Part shown: positions 54,907 to 64,000 of the stretch, piece by piece | How the letters are laid out: each line of letters opens with the position of its first letter | How positions within the stretch are numbered: the stretch's first letter is position 1 | Assembly: GCA_965222615.1 (NCBI GenBank) | Contig: CBDCUI010000009.1 | Location: 864,001 to 928,000 of the forward strand | DNA length: 64,000 bases | Direction of reading: 5' to 3' | Source: Gammaproteobacteria bacterium | GTDB taxonomy: Bacteria > Pseudomonadota > Gammaproteobacteria > UBA4575 | Notes under the pieces: model-generated | The model's database searches: none | The model's input: only the letters and a program-made list of their open reading frames with translations | What the model was told of the DNA's origin: nothing | Translations under genes and position numbers: made by a program

Positions 54907-57591
54907 ATGCTGAATGTAAATGTATTTGATGTATTAGCTCCAGAAGCACCGATTTTAAAATATTTAAGCCCATCTGCACGCTTAGAACCGACGGTTTCTA
55001 ATTATAAACAGTTTAGAACTGAACTATTGGAACTGCTAAGAGAACGTTTTGAAAGCAACTCAGACATCTATGAACTTATTTCACTCAATACTTGTATCAT
55101 GGATACTGCACTAAAGAATTTTTGGATAGATTTCAAAATTCCAACCAATGAAGGTGCACTTATTGCGATTGGTGGCTATGGTCGTCGCGAACTTTTTCCA
55201 GAATCCGATATAGATTTGATGATCGTACTTAAAGAAGACGTTAATGAAGAAGTAAAAACGAAAATTGAAGAGTTTCTAACTTTTTTATGGGATATAAATT
55301 TACCAATTGCTCAATCAGTACGAACAGTAAGAGATTGCCTCACCGAAGCCAAAAAAGATGTCACCGTTATGACAAGCCTAATGGAATTATATTTCCTTTC
55401 TGGCAGCAAAAATCTATATACTCAAATCCATAAGTTAGTAAACGATGATAAAATTTGGCCTAGCAAAAAATATTTCAAAGAAAAAACTCTAGAATTAGAC
55501 AGCCGTCATCACAAATATGGAGACACTGCCAATCACCTTGAACCAAATGTTAAAGAAAACCCAGGGGGCTTACGTGATATCCATACTTTACGATGGTTAA
55601 CGAATCGTTATTTTAAAACTAATTCATTTGAAGAATTAGTAACAAAAAAATTTTTGTCTGCTAATGAACTAAATTTAATCCAACAAGCATATAAAGTAAT
55701 CGCAAAGATAAGATTTGCTTTGCACCTGCATGTGCAGCGGAGCGAAGATCGCTTATTATTTGACTACCAATACGATATTGCCTCTTTACTAGGTTACTAC
55801 AACGATAATAGAAACCTACGTGTAGAAGAATTTATGCAGGTCTTCTATAGGAATAGCAATCAACTTTCCACACTTTCTGGAATTATCATCAATCGATTAC
55901 GCTCAAGAATTTTTCCAGGAATATTTAAACGCAGAGCAAAACCCATTAATGAGCGTTTTCAAATACGTGCAAATTTGCTCGAAGCAACACACTCAAATAT
56001 TTTTGCTAAGACACCTTCAGCCATGTTGGAATTATTTCAACTGCTGCAGCAACACAGCAATTTGTCAGGACTCAGTGATCAGCTTCAACAACTCATCATT
56101 GATAATTTACATATAATTGACGAAAAATTTAGAAACGACTCTATAAATTGCAGTCTTTTTGTTTCAATTTTAAGCCAACTACATACTAATCATCGTGAGA
56201 TAAGGCGTATGGCACAATTAGGTGTATTAGGAAAATACTGGCCAAGTTTTGATGAGGTCACGGGCAGAATGCAGTTCGACTTGTATCATGTTTATACTGT
56301 AGAAGAGCATACCCTTAGAGTTTTTGAAAATACGTGTGCATTTAGCGAGCCCAACCCCAATTCAGAATTCGAAACCTATCATGATATTTTTACACAAACC
56401 CCAAAAGCGTTATTACTATATGTTGCAGCATTATTTCATGACATCGCTAAAGGCAGGGATGGTGATCACTCAGAACTCGGTGCCAATGAGGTTATAGCTT
56501 TTTGCCAAAAACATGATCTAAGCAATTACGACACTAAACTTGTGAGCTGGCTTGTAAAAAATCATCTTCTTATGTCGATGACTGCACAAAACAAAGACAT
56601 TAGTGACCCAGAAATAATAAAAGAATTTGCTGATAAAGTAGTTAACCTAACACGTTTAAATTATTTATACCTATTAACCATCGCTGACATTCGTGGAACG
56701 AATCCAAAGCTGTGGAATAATTGGCGAAGCGCTTTACTAGCAGAGCTTTATCAAAGCACTTCAAGACATTTAAGACGTGGTATAGATACTCCGATTAATC
56801 GTGATGAATTAATTAATGAAGTCAAAGAATCTGCACTACTTGGCTTACGAAAACGAGGATTCGATCAAAGCGGCTGCTTAACATTTTGGCAAGAACTAGA
56901 TGATGAATACTTTTTACGGCACTCTGATGAAGAAGTGATAAGGCATACTCAAGCAGTATTAGAGCACCAGGAATATGATGAAATTATTATCAATATACAT
57001 CAGTACAGCGCGAGAGGCGCAACAGAGATATTCATTTATTGTAATGACAGAAATTATTTATTTGCACACATTACTTCAACGTTAGCCAAACTTAATATTT
57101 CGATTGTGCATGCCAGAATTATCACTTCTAAAAAGGGACATGCCTTAGATACATTTTTGATTTTAGATGCTAACAACGAACCCATAAATGATGCCAAACA
57201 ATGTAATTTAGTAGCAAGTAGATTAAAGGAGGCACTCAAAAATCCTGAGCAGATAAACGATACCCCTTCACAAGGCTTACCTCGTCGCATTAGAGAGCTT
57301 AGAGTACCAATTGAAATTCAATTTGATGAAACTTCAAACAAGGCCTACACTAGTTTAGAAATTAAAGCACCAGATTTCCCAGGATTACTCGCCAGTATAG
57401 GAAGCGCATTTGTAGACTGCAATGTCGCTGTACATAATGCACGCATATCAAAACTAGGCGAGCGAGTTCATAATATTTTTCAACTTACAAATCTTGCCAA
57501 CCACCCATTAGATCAATCACAACAAGATCAGCTTGCGTGTTCCATAAACGAGTATTTGCTGCAACCTAAGCAAATACTACTCGCTGTGTAG
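54907..57591 (+). CDS. glnD: PII uridylyltransferase
   Basis: GGYGRRELFPESDIDL, KENPGGLRD, HD domain (FHDIAKG) and two ACT domains. Confidence 0.96.
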   Translation: MLNVNVFDVLAPEAPILKYLSPSARLEPTVSNYKQFRTELLELLRERFESNSDIYELISLNTCIMDTALKNFWIDFKIPTNEGALIAIGGYGRRELFPESDIDLMIVLKEDVNEEVKTKIEEFLTFLWDINLPIAQSVRTVRDCLTEAKKDVTVMTSLMELYFLSGSKNLYTQIHKLVNDDKIWPSKKYFKEKTLELDSRHHKYGDTANHLEPNVKENPGGLRDIHTLRWLTNRYFKTNSFEELVTKKFLSANELNLIQQAYKVIAKIRFALHLHVQRSEDRLLFDYQYDIASLLGYYNDNRNLRVEEFMQVFYRNSNQLSTLSGIIINRLRSRIFPGIFKRRAKPINERFQIRANLLEATHSNIFAKTPSAMLELFQLLQQHSNLSGLSDQLQQLIIDNLHIIDEKFRNDSINCSLFVSILSQLHTNHREIRRMAQLGVLGKYWPSFDEVTGRMQFDLYHVYTVEEHTLRVFENTCAFSEPNPNSEFETYHDIFTQTPKALLLYVAALFHDIAKGRDGDHSELGANEVIAFCQKHDLSNYDTKLVSWLVKNHLLMSMTAQNKDISDPEIIKEFADKVVNLTRLNYLYLLTIADIRGTNPKLWNNWRSALLAELYQSTSRHLRRGIDTPINRDELINEVKESALLGLRKRGFDQSGCLTFWQELDDEYFLRHSDEEVIRHTQAVLEHQEYDEIIINIHQYSARGATEIFIYCNDRNYLFAHITSTLAKLNISIVHARIITSKKGHALDTFLILDANNEPINDAKQCNLVASRLKEALKNPEQINDTPSQGLPRRIRELRVPIEIQFDETSNKAYTSLEIKAPDFPGLLASIGSAFVDCNVAVHNARISKLGERVHNIFQLTNLANHPLDQSQQDQLACSINEYLLQPKQILLAV

Positions 57592-57599
57592 TTTTTCCT

Positions 57600-58796
57600 A
57601 TGAATCCCAATTTGCAAAAACTACAGACTTATCCTTTTGAAAAATTAAAGTTGCTCATTAACCAACCTCCCTCTAGCAACCAATTAGACCCTATTTCGTT
57701 GGCAATTGGTGAGCCGAAGCATGCAACACCTGAAATCATTAAAGTGGCATTAGCAGATAATCTAAACCAACTTGACAAATATCCTACAACACGTGGATCC
57801 AATGCCCTACGTGCAAGCTGTGTTAATTGGTTGATAAATCGATTTAAACTGCATACGGAAAATATCAACGAAAACGACAATGTGTTACCGGTAAACGGTA
57901 CGCGTGAAGCATTGTTTGCCTTTGCACAATGTGTCGTGAACTCAAATGAAAAACCTATCGTTTTAATTCCAAATCCCTTCTATCAAATTTATGAGGGTGC
58001 TGCATTACTCGCTGGTGCAGAACCTGTTTATTATGATTGCAAAATAGTGAATGGTGACATCCCTGCATTGTGGGAACTAGGCAACGATGTATGGCAACGT
58101 TGTCAATTGTTTTATATATGCACCCCAGGAAACCCAACTGGTGAAGTTGCTCCCGCTTCTACTATGCAAAAGTTAATTGAGTATTCAATAGAATATAACT
58201 TTATTCTTGCATCCGATGAATGTTACTCAGAAATATATCCTAGCAATACCACTCCTCCTATGGGACTGCTTTACCATGCCCAACAAGCGGGTAATACGGC
58301 CATGCAAAACTGCTTAAGTTTTTTCAGCCTCTCAAAGCGATCCAACGCACCCGGGCTACGTTCTGGTTTTGTAGCCGGTGCGAATAAATTAATTGAGCAG
58401 TTTTTTCAATACCGCACCTACCATGGCTGTGCCATGTCGTTACCCATACAGGCCGCTAGCATTGCTGCCTGGTCCGATGAAAAACACGTTGAAGAAAATC
58501 GCCGCCTGTATGATGAAAAGTTTATAGCAGTATTGGAAATATTCAAAGATGTCCTACCTTGTGACAGACCCCAGGCAGGTTTTTATCTGTGGCCAAAACT
58601 TGTTCTAGATGATGAGCAATTTGCACAATCACTATATATAAAGAAAAATGTCCTCACCTTACCTGGTAGCTACTTAGCTCGTACTGTAAATAACATAAAC
58701 CCGGGTAAAAACCGAGTGCGCCTTGCCTTAGTTGCAAAAAAACAAGAATGCATACAAGCTGCTACTCGGATAAAAGAATACCTACAAAAAATATAG
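57600..58796 (+). CDS. dapC: Succinyldiaminopimelate aminotransferase
   Basis: GTREALF, SDECYSE and SLSKRSNAPGLRSG motifs; next to dapD. Confidence 0.92.
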   Translation: MNPNLQKLQTYPFEKLKLLINQPPSSNQLDPISLAIGEPKHATPEIIKVALADNLNQLDKYPTTRGSNALRASCVNWLINRFKLHTENINENDNVLPVNGTREALFAFAQCVVNSNEKPIVLIPNPFYQIYEGAALLAGAEPVYYDCKIVNGDIPALWELGNDVWQRCQLFYICTPGNPTGEVAPASTMQKLIEYSIEYNFILASDECYSEIYPSNTTPPMGLLYHAQQAGNTAMQNCLSFFSLSKRSNAPGLRSGFVAGANKLIEQFFQYRTYHGCAMSLPIQAASIAAWSDEKHVEENRRLYDEKFIAVLEIFKDVLPCDRPQAGFYLWPKLVLDDEQFAQSLYIKKNVLTLPGSYLARTVNNINPGKNRVRLALVAKKQECIQAATRIKEYLQKI

Positions 58797-58810
58797 TAAA
58801 GAAATAGATA

Positions 58811-59653
58811 ATGACAGGAGAAACAATGAGTAGCTCAAATCAAGAAATAATTGAATCGGCATTTGAGAATCTTTCGACCATAACCCCGACTTCTATCGAT
58901 CCAGATATACGCAATGCGGTGGAATCAACACTACAACAGCTTGACAAAGGCGATGTACGTGTTGCCGAAAAACATGGCAGCGATTGGAAAGTAAATGAAT
59001 GGCTTAAAAAAGCGGTACTACTTTCATTCCGTATGAATGAAAACCAAATCACTGACACGGGTTTTACTAAATATTATGACAAGGTTGCAACAAAATTTTC
59101 GCAAATGAACGATGTTGAAATTCAACAGTTAGGCGCACGCATTGTACCTCCAGCAATGGCTAGACACGGAGCCTATATTGCGCCCGATGTAGTATTGATG
59201 CCCAGTTATGTGAATATTGGTGCCTATGTAGATTCGGGAACTATGGTTGATACTTGGGCAACTGTTGGATCATGTGCACAAATTGGAAAAAATGTACATT
59301 TATCTGGTGGCGTAGGCATTGGAGGGGTGTTGGAACCATTGCAAGCCTCACCCACCATCATTGAAGACAATTGTTTTATCGGCGCTCGTTCAGAAGTTGT
59401 GGAAGGTGTTATTGTAGAGCAAGGATCTGTCATTTCGATGGGGGTATATATTGGTAAAAGCACAAAGATATATAACCGAGAAACCGGAGAAGTAAGTTTT
59501 GGCCGAATTCCAGCTGGCTCCGTCGTAGTTTCAGGAAACCTGCCTTCAAAAGACGGAAAATATAGCTTGTACTGTGCCGTGATCGTAAAGCAAGTAGATG
59601 AAAAAACACGCAGTAAAGTTGGCATTAATGAATTACTACGTTCGATAGATTAA
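58811..59653 (+). CDS. dapD: Tetrahydrodipicolinate N-succinyltransferase
   Basis: [23 protein letters not shown] and GVLEPLQA motifs. Confidence 0.97.
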   Translation: MTGETMSSSNQEIIESAFENLSTITPTSIDPDIRNAVESTLQQLDKGDVRVAEKHGSDWKVNEWLKKAVLLSFRMNENQITDTGFTKYYDKVATKFSQMNDVEIQQLGARIVPPAMARHGAYIAPDVVLMPSYVNIGAYVDSGTMVDTWATVGSCAQIGKNVHLSGGVGIGGVLEPLQASPTIIEDNCFIGARSEVVEGVIVEQGSVISMGVYIGKSTKIYNRETGEVSFGRIPAGSVVVSGNLPSKDGKYSLYCAVIVKQVDEKTRSKVGINELLRSID

Positions 59654-59664
59654 AGCTCTAGAAT

Positions 59665-60009
59665 ATGGTTAAAGTATTCGGTATTCCTAACTGTGATCAA
59701 GTAAAAAAATCTCAAAAATGGTTGAAAGACCAGAATATTAATTTTGATTTTCACGATTACAAACAACTAGGCATCACTAAGAAGCAACTCAACGATTGGT
59801 GTAAAACCGTTGATTGGGAGTTGCTGCTGAATAAGCGTAGCAGAACGTGGAAAGAACTTAGCGAGAAAGATCGGTCTAACCTCAACCAGACAAAAGCTAT
59901 TACTTTAATGCACCAGCATCCTACTTTAATCAAACGGCCTGTTGTTCAGAAAGGTAAAATCATTGAAGTAGGGTTTAATAGCAAAATATTTCTCCAAAAA
60001 TTTACATGA
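59665..60009 (+). CDS. yffB: ArsC/Spx-family (YffB-like) reductase
   Basis: GIPNCD.VKK and PTLIKRPV motifs; upstream of dapE. Confidence 0.85.
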   Translation: MVKVFGIPNCDQVKKSQKWLKDQNINFDFHDYKQLGITKKQLNDWCKTVDWELLLNKRSRTWKELSEKDRSNLNQTKAITLMHQHPTLIKRPVVQKGKIIEVGFNSKIFLQKFT

Positions 60010-60024
60010 ATCACTTACATAAGC

Positions 60025-61152
60025 ATGTCTGCCACACTTGATCTCGTCAAACAATTAATTCAGAAAGCATCGGTAACACCCGATGATGCTGGGTGCCAGT
60101 CGTTAATTAGTGAATATTTACAATTTTCGGGATTCGAAGCTGAAGTCATGCAGTTTGAAAATGTTACCAATCTTTGGTTACGACGTGGTGATGAAGCTCC
60201 GCTATTTGTTTTCGCAGGACATACCGATGTGGTACCTACAGGACCGTTAGAACAATGGCATTCCGATCCTTTTATACCTGAGATTCGTGATCATCAAATA
60301 TTTGGACGTGGTGCAGCCGATATGAAGTCCAGCATCGCAGCCATGGCCGTCGCCTGCAAAAATTTTGTGGCATCAAATCCTGATCATAAAGGATCTATTG
60401 CTTTTCTACTTACCAGCGATGAAGAAGGCCCCGCGGTGAATGGCACTGTCAAAGTTATTGAAGAGTTGCAAGCACGACATGAAAACATCGATATGTGTAT
60501 TGTTGGTGAACCCAGCAGCACTAATACACTTGGCGATACTCTTAAAATAGGACGGCGTGGCTCACTCTCTGCAACACTTTTTGTCTATGGCGTGCAAGGT
60601 CATGTTGCTTACCCTCATTTAGCAAAAAACCCTGTGCATGAATTTGCACCTGCTCTTACAGAATTAACCTCGCTTCAATGGGATGCCGGTAATGAGCATT
60701 TCCCTGCCACAACTTTTCAAATCTCAAATATCAATGCAGGCGCCGGTGCAAGTAACATTATTCCCGGAATGTTACAAATTGATTTTAATTTACGTTTTTC
60801 TACAGAGATTTCTGTAGATGAAATTAAAACTAAAATCCTAAGTATATTGGATAAACACAGTTTAGATTACGAGATTGAATGGCATCTTTCTGGAAATCCT
60901 TTTTATTGTGAACCAGGCGAATTAACTCAAGCCTGTGTACAAGCCATTCAAGAAACGATGAATATTAAACCGGAACTTTCAACAGGTGGCGGTACTTCAG
61001 ATGGGAGATTTATTGCACCGACTGGCGCACAGGTAGTAGAACTCGGGCCAGTCAATGAAAGCATTCATAAGGTAAATGAACATATTGAAGTTGAAGCATT
61101 GGATCAATTAACAGAGATTTATCAGCGAGTTTTGGAGAGGTTGTTGGTTTGA
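60025..61152 (+). CDS. dapE: Succinyl-diaminopimelate desuccinylase
   Basis: FAGHTDVVP, GRGAADMK, SDEEG and GGTSDGRF motifs. Confidence 0.97.
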   Translation: MSATLDLVKQLIQKASVTPDDAGCQSLISEYLQFSGFEAEVMQFENVTNLWLRRGDEAPLFVFAGHTDVVPTGPLEQWHSDPFIPEIRDHQIFGRGAADMKSSIAAMAVACKNFVASNPDHKGSIAFLLTSDEEGPAVNGTVKVIEELQARHENIDMCIVGEPSSTNTLGDTLKIGRRGSLSATLFVYGVQGHVAYPHLAKNPVHEFAPALTELTSLQWDAGNEHFPATTFQISNINAGAGASNIIPGMLQIDFNLRFSTEISVDEIKTKILSILDKHSLDYEIEWHLSGNPFYCEPGELTQACVQAIQETMNIKPELSTGGGTSDGRFIAPTGAQVVELGPVNESIHKVNEHIEVEALDQLTEIYQRVLERLLV

Positions 61153-61175
61153 TTTTTGGTGTTTGGTAGCGGGCT

Positions 61176-61187
61176 AAAGCAGTCATT
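61176..61187. repeat. Palindromic repeat R1 (right arm only)
   Basis: aagcagtcatt is identical to the right arm of R4 (62990-63000); contains the stop codon of the 99-aa ORF. Confidence 0.5.
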
Positions 61188-61482
61188 CGATATTGTAAAT
61201 AAAAGTAAACATTGATCCTAAAATAATAATTACTGCAAATAATGTTATTGGTAACCTTGCAAGTCGTTTGTACAAAATACCTCTATCAGTAAGAGCTGAA
61301 TTTGGCGCTAAAAATAAGAGGCCAAAGTTAAATTGGCCTTTGCATCGTTCATTTAAATAAGCTCTTTCAGTTTCATTTATAATGTGGCCACTTATTTTTC
61401 TATCGAAATAGCCATGAGCAAACAAGAAAATTGCTGAAATTGATATTAGGAATAATGTCATTACTAGTAACAATTTAATCAA
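61183..61482 (-). CDS. Small hypothetical membrane protein
   Basis: 99 aa with hydrophobic N- and C-terminal segments; no family recognised. Confidence 0.55.
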   Translation of the reverse strand: MIKLLLVMTLFLISISAIFLFAHGYFDRKISGHIINETERAYLNERCKGQFNFGLLFLAPNSALTDRGILYKRLARLPITLFAVIIILGSMFTFIYNIE

Positions 61483-61500
61483 TAACTATCAAACGATTAT

Positions 61501-61528
61501 ATGTCAACTTTGGATCGTTACCGGACAT
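61501..61528. repeat. Palindromic repeat R2
   Basis: atgtcaactttggatcgttaccggacat. Confidence 0.65.
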
Positions 61529-61572
61529 TTTAGGCTTGTAGTGTATTGGTTCCAACCTAGTCAGTCCTAAAT

Positions 61573-61600
61573 ATTGTCAGTTTCGGTCAGTAGCGGTCAT
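61573..61600. repeat. Palindromic repeat R3 (degenerate)
   Basis: attgtcagtttcggtcagtagcggtcat. Confidence 0.55.
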
Positions 61601-61637
61601 CTCAAAACTGATTAATATTATAAATTTCACCGCGCCC

Positions 61638-62015
61638 CTACTTTTCAAACATCAGCATTGAACCTACTAGAGCAATAGCAAAAAGCACAGTTAACGGTTC
61701 TGCTGAAATAAATTTTTTCTTTGCTGCGTCATTAATATTCATAACTTTTAGCCGTAGTATATTCCACCCACTCTCAAATATAGAGATGGCTAGCAATATA
61801 GTGCCTAATATGACGCCATATCCAGTATCTAGCTGAAACATGAATACAACAAATATGACTGCACTGAGACCAATTAAAAACTTAGAATTAACGCTTTTAT
61901 ATAAATCTTTTTCTGACTCATTCAATGAACGTTGAGTCTTCATATTCCAAGATATTTGAATGATGACAATAAAAATTGATGCTACTACACCAATAATCCA
62001 ATAGCTATTATTCAT
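61638..62015 (-). CDS. Hypothetical membrane protein (about 4 TM segments)
   Basis: 125 aa, ATG start, four hydrophobic stretches. Confidence 0.7.
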   Translation of the reverse strand: MNNSYWIIGVVASIFIVIIQISWNMKTQRSLNESEKDLYKSVNSKFLIGLSAVIFVVFMFQLDTGYGVILGTILLAISIFESGWNILRLKVMNINDAAKKKFISAEPLTVLFAIALVGSMLMFEK

Positions 62016-62047
62016 ATAGCTTGTGTATTAATGTGCGCTTTCGTTTG

Positions 62048-62578
62048 TTAGCGCCCATTTTTATTTTTCTGTAATTCTTTTAATTTCTCTTCGGCAATCT
62101 TCAGCTCTTTATCTAATAGCTCAACTCGATCATGGTACTCCTGCGTTAATCGAGCAGCTGGACCAATGAAAACATGATTTGTACCAAGTCTTTCTCCTGG
62201 TAATGGAATTTTACCTTTTTCTAAAGCTTCTTTTTTCTTAGCTACTTCTTGTCTTGCTGCTCTAATTTCAGCAGCGCGTTTTTCTCTGTCACTAATTCTC
62301 TGTTTAATTCGATTAGATACACGATCATGCTTTTGTATGACCTCATCTTGCTTTGCTTTAATTTGCAGAGGGGAAGTCGTGTTAGCTTCTTGTAACTCAA
62401 TTTCTTCAATGTTATTTAAATGATTGGGCGGGTTAGATGTGTAAACGACTTTGCCATTTTCATCGATATATTTATAAACCTTGGTATCAGCATTAACTAC
62501 TGAAAGGATAATAAATAAAAGCGTAAAACAAAAAAACGCAACTATTCGACAACTATTTTGCAAGTGTTTTAAGCCCAT
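62048..62578 (-). CDS. DUF4124-domain exported protein with coiled-coil tail
   Basis: Signal/TM segment followed by VYKYIDENGKVVYTSNPP. Confidence 0.82.
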   Translation of the reverse strand: MGLKHLQNSCRIVAFFCFTLLFIILSVVNADTKVYKYIDENGKVVYTSNPPNHLNNIEEIELQEANTTSPLQIKAKQDEVIQKHDRVSNRIKQRISDREKRAAEIRAARQEVAKKKEALEKGKIPLPGERLGTNHVFIGPAARLTQEYHDRVELLDKELKIAEEKLKELQKNKNGR

Positions 62579-62718
62579 ATTTTAATTACATAATAATTAT
62601 TGTCAGGCAAATGAGACTCAAGTCATAAAAATAATCTTTAAACTCAAATACATTAGTAATTATAGGGATATGTAAATAGCCTCTAATGCTTTTCTAATTT
62701 TATTTAGATTATTATTTT

Positions 62719-63000
62719 AATGTCTGCTTTGGGTTGTGGTCTCAATAGGTCGATGCAACACTTTGAAATAGAGTGAAAAAAGGTTGCAAAAGCTAAGAGA
62801 AATGCAATTACATCAACATCTTAAGAGTAGATCAATAAAAGATGGCTCGAAGCAAGTAATAATGCAGTATTTAATGTAACCGGTTCATCCAAAAACAACT
62901 CAACACTAAATGGTCATCCGTTTGAGTCAACCTCTTTATTACTAAAAGTTTAGCAAGGTGTTGCATTGACCGATTGAATCGGCAGTCGTAAGCAGTCATT
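62719..63000. repeat. Palindromic repeat R4, interrupted by a mini-IS
   Basis: Removing 62735-62984 and one GT copy restores aatgtctgctttgggtcgtaagcagtcatt (arms pair 10/11). Confidence 0.75.
62735..62984 (+). mobile_element. Internally deleted IS30-like element / MITE, 250 bp
   Basis: IRs tgtggtctcaataggtcgatgcaacac / gtgttgcattgaccgattgaatcggca (21/27); GT duplicated at 62733-62734 and 62985-62986; ...KFSKVLH* runs into the right IR. Confidence 0.78.
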
Positions 63001-63123
63001 TTGAACTCTCGTTTTGATATTCCCAACCTGTTCTTCATTTTAACCTGCCTGACTTTAATTTGTTGCATCGTCCCTGATGGACCTCATATTCGCACATCCA
63101 TGTGCTCACTACCTTGCGCTCAT

Positions 63124-63891
63124 TTATTGCCAGGCTTCTAAAAACTCTGCAAAATGTTTTTCACTAGATTCAGATAAATACTCTTTCACCTGCTGACATT
63201 TATTATCATATTCTTTTTCATAGAGCTTTCCACGTATTAATTCAAAGCGCAAATAAATTAGATAAGTATTTAATACATCCGTTTCGCAGTAATTACGTAT
63301 CGCTTTTAAATCACCATTTAAAAAGGTTTCGCAAACCTTACTGCCATCCATACCTAGTTTGCCCGGAAACCCTAACATGGTCGCAACGTGATCAAGTTTT
63401 GCCGAAGCACGCATTTGATAACCTGCTAAAACATCCATTAAATCGATATGCCGCCAATGGAAACGCCCTAAATAGTTGTTATATCGAAAGCTTGTATCTT
63501 CATCCCCAATTTGCCAGTAATGATGTGCACTTACTCCATGCAATAAAGATCGAAAATGCATTACTGGCAAATCAAAACCACCACCATTCCAGGAAACAAT
63601 AGTGGGATTGTATTTTTCTAATCCATCATAAAAACGTTGTAACAGTTCTTTTTCAGATGATTTTTCTGCGCCTAATGACCAAACCTTAAATGAATCATGT
63701 GTACTAAGAACTGCGGATATTGCCACTATGCGTTGTAAATAATGCGGCATAAATTCACTACCGGTTTGCTGATTCCGCAAATGTTCAATGGCCTTGATGA
63801 CCTCTTTATCCGGCAAACCATCTAAATCATAAATCTTTTTCCCTGACTCCACATCAGGTACGGTTTCAATATCAAATACGAGTACATTCAT
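63124..63891 (-). CDS. Predicted PolB-related 3'-5' exonuclease
   Basis: VFDIETVPD, SWNGGGFDLP, HIDLMD and YCETDV (DEDDy-like) motifs; start moved to the ATG at 63891, just after the cysM stop. Confidence 0.9.
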   Translation of the reverse strand: MNVLVFDIETVPDVESGKKIYDLDGLPDKEVIKAIEHLRNQQTGSEFMPHYLQRIVAISAVLSTHDSFKVWSLGAEKSSEKELLQRFYDGLEKYNPTIVSWNGGGFDLPVMHFRSLLHGVSAHHYWQIGDEDTSFRYNNYLGRFHWRHIDLMDVLAGYQMRASAKLDHVATMLGFPGKLGMDGSKVCETFLNGDLKAIRNYCETDVLNTYLIYLRFELIRGKLYEKEYDNKCQQVKEYLSESSEKHFAEFLEAWQ

Positions 63892-63892
63892 T

Positions 63893-64000
63893 TTATTCTT
63901 CTGCAAACAATCCCGTTGACAGATACCGATCCCCGCGATCACATATAATGACGACAATCACTGCATCCTGTACTTGTTTTGACAGCTCCAAAGCAGCCAC
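63893..64000 (-). CDS. cysM: Cysteine synthase B, C-terminal fragment
   Basis: Manual translation: VAALELSKQVQDAVIVVIICDRGDRYLSTGLFAEE*. Confidence 0.85.
   Translation of the reverse strand: MAALELSKQVQDAVIVVIICDRGDRYLSTGLFAEE

Noticed and set aside
61501-61600. R2-spacer-R3 as a mini CRISPR array
   Set aside because: The repeats are too divergent, only two are adjacent, and there are no cas genes in the window.
62016-62056. Possible integron attC after the DUF4124 gene (minus strand GCGCTAACAAACG overlapping the stop)
   Set aside because: No matching GTT core or L boxes in the 32-bp gap, and no integron integrase in the window.
62871-63068. 65-aa ORF
   Set aside because: Crosses the mini-IS end and the R4 arm; likely spurious.
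63892-63957. N-terminal extension of the exonuclease ORF
   Set aside because: Overlaps the cysM 3' end in another frame.

Overview
AT-rich gammaproteobacterial chromosome segment made up mostly of core genes: parC-parE, an addA-like helicase-nuclease, dsbC-xerD, RDD-lptGF-pepA-holC-valS, tsaB-yoaA, ispFD-ftsB-eno-kdsA-pyrG-tilS-accA-dnaE-rnhB, the lpx/bamA/dxr/frr/pyrH/tsf/rpsB cluster, map-glnD-dapCD-yffB-dapE, a 3'-5' exonuclease and the end of cysM. No rRNA, tRNA or CRISPR array was seen. The features worth a second look are: (1) a cassette-like block at 61.15-63.1 kb, where three co-oriented small ORFs are bounded by a ~30-bp palindromic repeat, one copy of which is split by a 250-bp IS30-like miniature element with a 2-bp duplication; (2) an inverted gnnA-gnnB-lpxB block, predicting 2,3-diamino-glucose lipid A; (3) an rpsB fused to a C-terminal DUF4332-like HhH domain; (4) five intergenic MITE-like elements sharing a covarying structured core but carrying two different terminal repeats, two with a nested module; (5) an intact IS481-family element (5-bp duplication GCAAT) inserted between valS and its putative promoter; (6) a small gene with PopZ-like architecture upstream of valS. 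Protein names come from recognised motifs and gene order; no database searches were run.
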